From the NCBI GenBank assembly GCA_965223795.1, contig CBDCXL010000002.1, positions 1,440,001 to 1,504,000 of the forward strand: a DNA stretch of 64,000 nucleotides. Reading direction: 5' to 3'. Both the position numbers and the translations under genes were made by a program. Below are positions 48,729 through 57,281 of this stretch, piece after piece. The notes under the pieces are model-generated. The model ran no database searches. It saw nothing but the letters and a program-made list of their open reading frames with translations, and was not told where the DNA came from. The DNA comes from Nitrospinales bacterium (GTDB lineage Bacteria; Nitrospinota; Nitrospinia; Nitrospinales; VA-1). Numbering within the stretch: the first letter of the stretch is position 1; every line of letters starts with the position of its first letter.

Positions 48729-49444
48729 CCCTTGACTCCCAGCAAAGCGAGATGGCCGGCCGATCGATACAGGTTTGCACCCGCGTTTTTGGTATTCAAA
48801 AAATGCACGGTTTCGCACTGACGTTGTATCTGCTTTAGGTTATTGAAAAGGGAATACGAGTAATAAAGGCCGTCTCCTTCCGAAAACTTGTACCCCTTCC
48901 CTCTGGTCTGAATGAAGTTGAACAATTTCCAGAGACCCAATTTATCGATGCCCTGCTTCAACGAACGGGCAAATAAAGAACCCTGGCCGAAGTTGTTGCA
49001 GTCTGACAGAAAGATCGTTTTTTTGGCGACGCGCAGCATTTCCGCCACCACCCGATCCGGATTTTTCACGTGATGCAGCATCCCGAATTCGCACACCAGG
49101 TCGAACGCAGCATCGGGAAATTGCAAATCCGTTCCGTTCCCGGCAACCAGAATCTCGCTCCCCAGACCGCGGCGGTGCCCTTCCTCTCTCAATTCCTGAA
49201 CCGGCTCCACGCCCAGCACATCGAGGTCCGGCCTTTGGTTCTTGAAAAAGAGCAGCGCCCTTCCTGTTCCGGCGCCGACATCGAGGATGGATCGGATTTT
49301 GAAATGATCGAGCATTCCCATGAGAAAGCTCAGGGCGATCTGGTGCTCGCTTTCCACCGACGCATGTGCCTGGTGATAGTCCTCAGCCGTCGTGGCGTAG
49401 TAGCTTGACTGGCGGTCTTCTTCCTTCATCGTTTTCATTTGCAT
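48725..49444 (-). CDS. Class I SAM-dependent methyltransferase (polysaccharide cluster)
   Basis: ILDVGAGTG, GVEP, FPDAAFDLV...LHH...EMLRV. Confidence 0.85.
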   Translation of the reverse strand: MQMKTMKEEDRQSSYYATTAEDYHQAHASVESEHQIALSFLMGMLDHFKIRSILDVGAGTGRALLFFKNQRPDLDVLGVEPVQELREEGHRRGLGSEILVAGNGTDLQFPDAAFDLVCEFGMLHHVKNPDRVVAEMLRVAKKTIFLSDCNNFGQGSLFARSLKQGIDKLGLWKLFNFIQTRGKGYKFSEGDGLYYSYSLFNNLKQIQRQCETVHFLNTKNAGANLYRSAGHLALLGVKG

Positions 49445-49461
49445 CTCTTTTTCAACTGCGT

Positions 49462-51048
49462 TCAATTCGATGCCCCCAGACGCCACAATCGCTTCACAGG
49501 AAACAGCGGACTCAGAACCTTGCGGATGATTTCCTTGTCTCTGCCGTCGAACCAGAAACTCCAGGCCAGAATGTATCCCAGAGCCGCGACTGCCGCCGCC
49601 ATGAAGCCAAGCCGCAACACAAAATTCCCGAATACAGGCAATCCCCAAAGCCATGCGGCGCTCAAACCCAGGGCGATGAAAAGCAGCAGCCCTTTCAGAA
49701 AAACCTCTTTGCAGAATTTCCCGGCATCCTGACCGATGAGCGCGCACGCCTCGCGGGGTACGAACCAGGCCATCAGCAGGATTTCCGGAATACAGACACC
49801 CAGCGCCACACCCGGCAGGCCATAGCGTTCGATCCAAAGCCATGCCAGAAAAAGTCCCGCACAGGCCGAAAAGAACTGCACTTTCGCCAGCTGCTGATGG
49901 TGGTTAGTCGCTGAAAGAAAGATCGAGCTGTTGAGCCACATTCCCTGGATGATAAGATGGAGGAGAAACACGTCCAGCAGCCACTGATCGAATTCCAGTT
50001 TCCCCTGCGTCCACAGCGTGACAATGGCCTCACCGCCGAAATGAAAAAAAATCGCAAAGAAGAAACAAAGCAGCAACAGGGATTTCACGCCAAGCTGGTG
50101 GATGGCCCGCAAGGTGTCGTACCTGCCCTGCGATTCCAGGGCGGTGATGTCCGGCCAGAGCGCGTGATTGACCGCCGCCGCGCCCTGGCGGATGAAGTTT
50201 GTGAACGTTCTGAGCGTGGCGTACAGCACGACGCTTCCCGCCCCCACGACCGCGCCGATGAGGATGGAGGTGCCCTGAACGGTCAGCATCATGGAGACGG
50301 TCATCAAAAAAAACAGCAGGCTCGGCTGCAAAAAAGACAGGGCCAGTCCGTGATCCCGTTCACGAATCCCCAAATACACCCAGGGATGGCGCTTCTTCAA
50401 ATCGCAAACCACAAACAACGCCGCTCCGCACAAAGGCAGCAACTGCATGAGGGCGGTCACAGCCAGCTCACCCCCGGCCCAGACCGATCCGATGGTGACG
50501 CAATAAAAGAAAAGACGCTGGACATTGGCCACCATCACTCCACGGGGATACTCACCGATCGTGCGATAAATCCCCGCAATCAGACCCAGAGGGATCGACG
50601 CCACCACCTGCACGGCAAAAAACACGGCCACGCTGGCCGCCGTGAAATGATCCGTCACCGTGAATCCAAGCCAGCGCTCAACGGGAAACTGGAATGCGAA
50701 CACAGAGACCGAAAGGATCAATCCCAGAGACAGCGCCGTGCTCCAGAAAAACGCGCTGTGCAATACCCGCGTGAATTCGAGCCGCTGGCCCTGCGCGTGA
50801 CACTGATTCATGCGGTTGATGACGTAATGCTGCACGCCGACATCGACCAGCTTGAGATAGCCCACCGCCGCAAACAAAACCAGCCACTCGCCATAAAGCT
50901 CTTTGCCCCAGCAGATGAGGAACACAGGAATCACTGCCAGTTGACCGGCAGCGTGGATCAACTGGGTGAGCAGGTTGGCCAGCGTCCCTTTTGAAAAACG
51001 CCGGGTCAGCTCCAGCCGCTGTGTTGTTTCGGAAGCTACGTTGTTCAA
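49462..51048 (-). CDS. Polysaccharide flippase (Wzx-like)
   Basis: WGKELYGEW motif, about 12-14 TM segments, YGLPGVALG; cluster context. Confidence 0.8.
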   Translation of the reverse strand: MNNVASETTQRLELTRRFSKGTLANLLTQLIHAAGQLAVIPVFLICWGKELYGEWLVLFAAVGYLKLVDVGVQHYVINRMNQCHAQGQRLEFTRVLHSAFFWSTALSLGLILSVSVFAFQFPVERWLGFTVTDHFTAASVAVFFAVQVVASIPLGLIAGIYRTIGEYPRGVMVANVQRLFFYCVTIGSVWAGGELAVTALMQLLPLCGAALFVVCDLKKRHPWVYLGIRERDHGLALSFLQPSLLFFLMTVSMMLTVQGTSILIGAVVGAGSVVLYATLRTFTNFIRQGAAAVNHALWPDITALESQGRYDTLRAIHQLGVKSLLLLCFFFAIFFHFGGEAIVTLWTQGKLEFDQWLLDVFLLHLIIQGMWLNSSIFLSATNHHQQLAKVQFFSACAGLFLAWLWIERYGLPGVALGVCIPEILLMAWFVPREACALIGQDAGKFCKEVFLKGLLLFIALGLSAAWLWGLPVFGNFVLRLGFMAAAVAALGYILAWSFWFDGRDKEIIRKVLSPLFPVKRLWRLGASN

Positions 51049-52217
51049 GCGCTTGCAATCTCCTTTTCAGCCCGGACCGCCATTCCCGCATGCAGCCCAC
51101 CGCTTGACTTTGCGTGCGGCCGCCGCAACGCATTGCCGGAAGAAATCAGGGTCTCGACGATCCTGCGGGATGCAAAACCGTCCCACAACTGAGGGCGGCT
51201 GTGATTCGGAATGCCGTTTTCCAGCACCCGGTTCGCCTCGCTCAGAATTTTTTTCTTATCAGGACCCACCAGCGTGCTGGTCCCCTCACTCAATGTGACG
51301 GGTCTTTCCGTGTTCATTCTCAGCGTGAGACAGGGCACGCCCAGGACCGTGGTTTCTTCCTGCATCCCGCCGGAATCGGTGAGAACCAATTTTGCGTTGG
51401 CCATGAGCTTGAGCGAATCGAAATAGGGCTTCGGAGGAAGCGTTCGCACCTTCGCCAAATGGCCGGCAAGCGAAAATTCGCGGATTCTCTTTTCCGTGCG
51501 CGGGTGCATGGCAAACACAACCGGAAGGGATTCCGCGATTTCGGACACCGCCTCCAGGATTCCCTTCAGAACATCCGGGTCGTCGACATTGCCGGGCCGG
51601 TGCAGGGTCATGAACGCGTATTGCCTCGCATCGAGTTCGAGATCCTCCAGGATGCGGCTCTCCGCTTCCGCATGGGTCCTGAATTTTTCCAGCGTGTCGA
51701 CCATCACATTGCCGACGAAATGAATTTTTTCCGGGTCGACTCCTTCGTGCAGCAGGTTTTTTTCCGCGGAGGATTCCGTGATGAACAGAAAATCCGCAAT
51801 GCGGTCGGTGAGGATGCGGTTGATCTCTTCCGGCATGCTGCGGTCGAACGAACGCAGACCGGCCTCCACATGGATCACGGCGATCCCCTTGTAGGCCGCC
51901 ACCAGCGCGCAGCCGATCGTCGAGTTCACATCGCCCACAACCAGCAGCGCGTCCGGCCGCTCCTGATCGACGATGGCCTCGGTCCGGCTGAGGATCTCCC
52001 CCACCTGCCGGGGATTGCTGCCCGAACCCACCTCCAGGTTGAAATGCGGCCGCGGAATCCGCAATTGCTCGAAGAACACCTTGTTCATGTTCACGTCGTA
52101 ATGCTGACCGGTGTGCAGCAGCTTCCAGGTGATCTGAGGGAACCGGTCCATCTCCGCCAGAATCGGAGCCATCTTGATGAAATTGGGCCGCGCTCCGACC
52201 ACGTTTAAAATTTTCAT
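51045..52217 (-). CDS. wecB: UDP-N-acetylglucosamine 2-epimerase (non-hydrolysing)
   Basis: VVGARPNFIK, HTGQHYD, VGDVNST, HVEAGLRS, PEEINR, LTDSGGMQEE, TERP. Confidence 0.95.
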   Translation of the reverse strand: MKILNVVGARPNFIKMAPILAEMDRFPQITWKLLHTGQHYDVNMNKVFFEQLRIPRPHFNLEVGSGSNPRQVGEILSRTEAIVDQERPDALLVVGDVNSTIGCALVAAYKGIAVIHVEAGLRSFDRSMPEEINRILTDRIADFLFITESSAEKNLLHEGVDPEKIHFVGNVMVDTLEKFRTHAEAESRILEDLELDARQYAFMTLHRPGNVDDPDVLKGILEAVSEIAESLPVVFAMHPRTEKRIREFSLAGHLAKVRTLPPKPYFDSLKLMANAKLVLTDSGGMQEETTVLGVPCLTLRMNTERPVTLSEGTSTLVGPDKKKILSEANRVLENGIPNHSRPQLWDGFASRRIVETLISSGNALRRPHAKSSGGLHAGMAVRAEKEIASA

Positions 52218-52269
52218 GATTCTTCCTCTAAAGTGAATTCCCGCTTTCACGTCGAACGAACGCAGCCGC

Positions 52270-54606
52270 TCAAAGCTCCTGAGCTTTTTTCCTACGCACT
52301 TCCGGATCCACGCGCCTGAGGACGCCCCGCAGCCCCCGCACAACGAAACCGCGCATCGCCCCGGAATCGCCGCTGTCTTTTTTGAGATAACGTTCCAGAT
52401 CCTTGTAGTAACTCTCCACTTTGTAATCGAATTTATTCAGAACCACACCGATCACCTCGGGCCAGGAAGAGTGGCGCGCGAAAGCGGTTTCACTCTCACC
52501 CGCCTTTTTAGCCAGGACGCCTGCAAGGCCCAGCTTTTGTCCGGGCACCAGCTGCTTCAGCGTCCGGTCGATGATGTTTTTGGAATGCCGGCCCGACTCC
52601 AGAACAAAGATCACCCCGTCGCAGCTGCGCGCGACCATGGAAGCGTCCGCGAAATAAATGGCGGGCGGTGCGTCCACCAGGATGACATCGAAATTAATCC
52701 TCAATTCCCCCACCAGCTCTTCGAATCTCTCGTCATTGAGGGTTTCTCCAGGCTGCTCGAGATAGTTGCCGCGGCTGACGATGTACAGATGCTTCACCTG
52801 CGTTTCCTTGACCACCTCATGGACATCCCGGTCCTTGAGAATATAATCGCTGAGACCCGGCTCTCCGGGGCGGTTGGCGAAATGCGGCCCCTGGGTTTTC
52901 CTCAGATCCGTATCGAGGATCAACACCCGCTTGCCCATCTGCGCGAACGCCAGCGCCAGATTGGAAACCAGGGTCGTCTTGCCTTCTTCGGGCGAGGAAC
53001 TGGTGACCAGAAAAACTTTCTTTTCGGACTCCTTGGAGGCGAACATCAGCTTGGTGCGGATGAGGCGGATCTCTTCGGCGAACTGCGAATCGGGATCCTT
53101 CAACACCGGGAAGCGGCTTTTTGCCGTGTCGAACCGGCTGGCGACCCCCAGCAGGGGAAACGGAATCTGGTCTTCCACTTCCTCGATGGAACTGATTTTC
53201 GAGTTGGTGGATTCGCGGTAAAAGCAGACCACCCCGCCGAAAAAGAGCCCGCCGAACAAGGCCAGTATGAGGTTTTGCGCGGTCTTCGGCCGGGCAGGCT
53301 GGGTCGGCACTTCCGCAGGATAGACGATGCGGACATTGGTCTCCTTGAACTGGGACACCACGCCGACCTCGTCCAGCCGATGAATGAGAGACTCGAACAG
53401 CTTGCCGTTGCTCTCCGCCTCCCGCTTCAGCACGTTCAACTGAACCGAGTTTTTATCCAGCTTGACCAGAAAGGCCTTCTGCGAACGGATCGCGGAATCG
53501 ACCGAACGCTCCTGCGATTGCAGCGCCTGATACCGGATCTTGAGCCCCCGGATCAACTGGTCCACCTCAAGCGCCAGACGCTCTTCCAGCACTTTGATCT
53601 TCCTGCCGTTTTCGACCATGGAAGGGTGGATGGGCCGGAACTTCTTTCTCATTTCGGATCGCTCATTCAACAGCTGGGCGTAGTCCCGGGTCATCTCCCG
53701 CAAGATTTCGTTCTTGATCTTATCCGGCAGGGACTGCGCGATGCGCAACGGGTCGTTCTTCATTTTCCGGAGCTGCTCGAGGATTCCGTTCAACTGCTCT
53801 TTTTCCGCCTTGACGGTGGCTTTGTTCTTTATGAACTGATTCAGCTTTTCGGTGGCGATTTCCCGTTTCGTTTCGAACTCGCGGATTTCATTCTTGATCT
53901 TGAACGCCTCGATTTTCTTCTCGGAATCCTCCACTCTCTTGCGGGAATCCTTGGCCTGCTCGGAGAGCCAGACCTTGGCCTCCATCTCGATGGAACTCCT
54001 GAGAAACTGATTCTTCTCGATGTACAGTTCGGAGATGGTGTTGGCGATGTTCGCGACCTTGTCCGGCGAGTATCCTTCAAAGCTCACGTTCACCAGGCGG
54101 CTGTTGATGATGGGATTCACCTTGAGCTTTTCCAGAAACGCGTCGATCAGCGGCGTGTAGGGGTCCTTGCTCGAAGGAATGGCCGGCTGCGCGCCGGACA
54201 GTCCCAGAGCCGCAAAGACGGATTTGACCGCGCGCTTCACCCAGGCCATCGGGCTCACTCCGGGCTTTCCGAGCAGCTCCTCGCTTTCTTCCAGCTTGAG
54301 CTTTTTGATCACCTGCTTGATCAGGTCCCGGTCCTTCAACAGCTCGTACTGCGTTTTATAAAAATCCGAATTGTGGTTGTCCCAAACGACGATTTCCTGC
54401 ACGGAAAGGGGCTTGGGCGCTTTTCGTTCGATCAACAGCTGGGTGGTGGCGACATAGACCTTCGGCGACCGCATCGAATGGAATGCGGCAAAAATCACGG
54501 CGATCGCCACAAAAAAGAACAGGGTCTTTTTTCTTTTTAAAAATATGCGGGTGTAGTCGCGCAGTTTTTTCTCTTCGGTCAACGTGATGGGACTTAAACT
54601 TTTCAT
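52270..54606 (-). CDS. Wzc-like chain-length regulator / tyrosine autokinase
   Basis: Two TM segments flanking a coiled periplasmic domain; Walker A SSSPEEGKT, ILDTDLR, ILVDAPP; Tyr-containing tail (DYKVESYYKDLERY). Confidence 0.9.
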   Translation of the reverse strand: MKSLSPITLTEEKKLRDYTRIFLKRKKTLFFFVAIAVIFAAFHSMRSPKVYVATTQLLIERKAPKPLSVQEIVVWDNHNSDFYKTQYELLKDRDLIKQVIKKLKLEESEELLGKPGVSPMAWVKRAVKSVFAALGLSGAQPAIPSSKDPYTPLIDAFLEKLKVNPIINSRLVNVSFEGYSPDKVANIANTISELYIEKNQFLRSSIEMEAKVWLSEQAKDSRKRVEDSEKKIEAFKIKNEIREFETKREIATEKLNQFIKNKATVKAEKEQLNGILEQLRKMKNDPLRIAQSLPDKIKNEILREMTRDYAQLLNERSEMRKKFRPIHPSMVENGRKIKVLEERLALEVDQLIRGLKIRYQALQSQERSVDSAIRSQKAFLVKLDKNSVQLNVLKREAESNGKLFESLIHRLDEVGVVSQFKETNVRIVYPAEVPTQPARPKTAQNLILALFGGLFFGGVVCFYRESTNSKISSIEEVEDQIPFPLLGVASRFDTAKSRFPVLKDPDSQFAEEIRLIRTKLMFASKESEKKVFLVTSSSPEEGKTTLVSNLALAFAQMGKRVLILDTDLRKTQGPHFANRPGEPGLSDYILKDRDVHEVVKETQVKHLYIVSRGNYLEQPGETLNDERFEELVGELRINFDVILVDAPPAIYFADASMVARSCDGVIFVLESGRHSKNIIDRTLKQLVPGQKLGLAGVLAKKAGESETAFARHSSWPEVIGVVLNKFDYKVESYYKDLERYLKKDSGDSGAMRGFVVRGLRGVLRRVDPEVRRKKAQEL

Positions 54607-54749
54607 GGGCTCTTTCGTGTCTGAGGAGTTGGCGTGGAAAGCCGAAACACCCGCCCGGCTTTTGGTGACCACAATCAAAGTGAATGAGGCTGTTTTGCCG
54701 CTTTTACGGTGTCACTCAAGCAATGCCTCTGAACCTGTTGATTTCAAAG

Positions 54750-54766
54750 AGCAAACATCATGCCGA
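54750..54766 (-). promoter_or_regulatory. Sigma54 (-24/-12) promoter upstream of wzc-like gene
   Basis: TCGGCATGATGTTTGCT (GG-N10-GC). IHF consensus AATCAAGGCATTG lies upstream at 54835-54823. Confidence 0.65.
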
Positions 54767-55374
54767 CCGGGTTTTCCAACAAACAAAACGAGTTACGCGG
54801 TTCCGCGCGCCAACAAACCATCCAATGCCTTGATTTTTGACGCCTTGGCGTCATAAAACCCAACTGTGAAAATGTGATCCTAATGAGAGTCTTTTTCAGT
54901 TTAGCGGAGAGGAATTAGCCCCAAACGGCTCGATGAAAATCTGTGCCGGGCGGCTTCGGGGTTTCCGGTCGATTCAGCCTCAAACGAATGGGAAATCTTA
55001 TTAGTGAAAAGTAAAAAGAGAACGTAACTGCCAAAGAAAAGCTCAAAAGGAGGGAGGAGGGGAAGGCCTGATGGAAAAAGGGTCCGGCACCATTATTCAG
55101 CAGACGGACGGCGATCGCGGCTCATTCGATTCTTTGGAAATCTATTCTTTATCAAACAGGGACGCCTTCCATGAAGGGATCAGTCAAAATCCCGACGCCT
55201 GAAATGTTCTTTGATCAGGTTCCGAATCATACAAAAATGATCAATGGGTTTGAGCTCTTCCTTATAGACAGAGCGGACTTCAACCCTGCTCTTGTTGCAA
55301 GCATCCGGCAAGGATCACAGCAAGGCATCAAACTTGCTCTCTATCTTCGGTGACGTTTTGATCGATCACGGATT

Positions 55375-56121
55375 TTGGAGACTGGATTTATGGATAAAGT
55401 GCGATCCTGTTCAAACCTGCAACTGGATTTGTTCGGAGACCGAAAAATCTGGGCCTTTCTGCTGGAAAAGCTGGGAGCGTCTGTGGTCTCCAAAAACCGG
55501 CCGTCCGCGGTGTTCCGGCCGTATCAACACAATGCCGATTTCAACCGCCTGAGTGAGACGGAAGACCTGGAAACGCAGGCACGGGCCTCGTTTCCCGAAT
55601 TACGTCAACTGGACCTGTTCCCGGATGCACCGCAACAATTAAGCGGCCGCAGCACTCTGTCTGAAAACCGCAGCGCGCAAACGCATCCGCAATCCCGCTT
55701 TCGAGGACCGAGCCTGCGGCGGTGCCTTCTCGACAAAGCGGATTTTTTCGCGGCGGATCTATACCTGTACGATTTTGAGTCGGCGCGCTTAAGGCAGGCC
55801 AATTTCAAACACGCGCATCTTGAACGGACGAATCTGAAGGGTGCGGATCTGACCAGGGCGGATCTTGAAGGAGCGGACTGCCGGAGAGCGGATTTTCAGG
55901 ACACGGTTTTGAAAAAGGCGAACCTGTGTGGAGCCGACCTGCGCGCGTCGAGAAACCTGACGGTCAAACAGATCCGTTCCGCGAAGATCGACAGCAACAC
56001 CCGGCTTCCGTACCGCTTCATCATCGAATGGCTTTCGCCTAACCGGTACAAACTGGATACGGCGTCCGGCGTTCGCGACGATTTTATCTGGGATGACATC
56101 CGTTCCTTAAAATACGATTGA
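55375..56121 (+). CDS. Pentapeptide repeat protein with N-terminal extension containing two QLDLF motifs
   Basis: ARLRQ ANFKH AHLER TNLKG ADLTR ADLEG ADCRR ADFQD repeats. Alternative ATG start at 55390. Confidence 0.8.
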   Translation: METGFMDKVRSCSNLQLDLFGDRKIWAFLLEKLGASVVSKNRPSAVFRPYQHNADFNRLSETEDLETQARASFPELRQLDLFPDAPQQLSGRSTLSENRSAQTHPQSRFRGPSLRRCLLDKADFFAADLYLYDFESARLRQANFKHAHLERTNLKGADLTRADLEGADCRRADFQDTVLKKANLCGADLRASRNLTVKQIRSAKIDSNTRLPYRFIIEWLSPNRYKLDTASGVRDDFIWDDIRSLKYD

Positions 56122-56150
56122 CCGTTTCCAGCCCGGTCTCAATTCAAACG

Positions 56151-56194
56151 AAAAAGAAAAAGCCTGATGGGGATTCCATCAGGCTTTTCTTTTT
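56151..56194. terminator. Bidirectional intrinsic terminator
   Basis: AAAAGCCTGATGG / CCATCAGGCTTTT stem with A- and T-rich flanks, between convergent genes. Confidence 0.88.
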
Positions 56195-56252
56195 GGGTGC
56201 CGCTATTTTTTTTTGCGACGCGGCCCTCATGCCCATGAGAGCCTGGACTCAA

Positions 56253-56933
56253 TCAGTCCGGCGTCCCGTTCACACACACGGCATACGCGATGACCTTGGT
56301 GTTTTTGGGCTTGCCCGTCAAATCGACCACATGCACTTTCCAGGTGCGGAACCCGGAGGGGAAATTTTGCAGTCCCACCACCGGCGGTTCGGAAAGCGGT
56401 GAGTTGGCCTTATGGATGAAGCCGCCGCCTGTGACCACTTTTCCGGCCGGGCAGTTCACGAAAATCGAGGCATTGTCGACCAGCACCTCATTCGTATGGA
56501 TGCTCTGCCCCAATGCTCCGGCTGGACCGGGAGGGCCAGGAGGACCCGGCGGGCCGGGAGGTCCGACCAGAGGATCGAATCCGAAGAAGACCACAAATTC
56601 CGAACGTCCGTTGTCATTTTTAAGCACAATCAGATGCGCTCCCGGCAGCAGGCCCGGCGGCAGGCCGTCGACGATCACCTGATTTCCGTCCAGGTCTTTC
56701 TCACGCACATTCAACACCGCGTTTCCAATCAGTACTTCCGGGTCATCTCCGTGAACGTGCAGCCGCTCTCCAAACAGCTCCAACACCAGAACCGGCCCCG
56801 GTGGCGGGGTTTCTCCGAAAGCCCCGAACAGAATCACCGGCTTCACACCGTCTCCGTGGGCGTGAACGGTCGCGCCTTTCAGAATAAAAAGCGACAAAAT
56901 CAAACCGAGACAAACGCCTATCCTTTTCATCAT
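56253..56933 (-). CDS. Secreted collagen-like (Gly-Pro-Pro) protein
   Basis: Signal peptide; GPPGPPGPPGPPGPAGAL; C-terminal CPAGKVVTGGG...AYAVC domain. AGGGGAG RBS. Confidence 0.8.
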   Translation of the reverse strand: MMKRIGVCLGLILSLFILKGATVHAHGDGVKPVILFGAFGETPPPGPVLVLELFGERLHVHGDDPEVLIGNAVLNVREKDLDGNQVIVDGLPPGLLPGAHLIVLKNDNGRSEFVVFFGFDPLVGPPGPPGPPGPPGPAGALGQSIHTNEVLVDNASIFVNCPAGKVVTGGGFIHKANSPLSEPPVVGLQNFPSGFRTWKVHVVDLTGKPKNTKVIAYAVCVNGTPD

Positions 56934-57281
56934 TCTCCCCTTTTTTTAATAGAAGTTACTTTTCCGGCACTCAATGATTTCTTTAATAATAATCGGTTAA
57001 ATAGTGGAAAAACTTATCGACTTTCTAGACTATTTTTGCGGGGAGAAAACTCGAACTCCGGGAAGGTGTTTTATACAAAGCGTTTCACGGATTGATTTTT
57101 TTTGGATCGCAAGCGGATAAAAAATTAATCATTAAATTCACATAAAATATTTTACTCAAGCGAAAATTATTTAAATTTATTTTGAATTTAATTTTATAGA
57201 AAGGAATGAACAGCGAGGATGGACCGGCGGGATTCAGCGATCCCGCTTTGGGGAACAACGTGTTTTATAAGGAAAGCAAGT

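Noticed and set aside
56520..56566. Nucleotide tandem repeat
   Set aside because: The periodicity reflects Gly-Pro-Pro codons with varied third positions, so it is a protein-level repeat.
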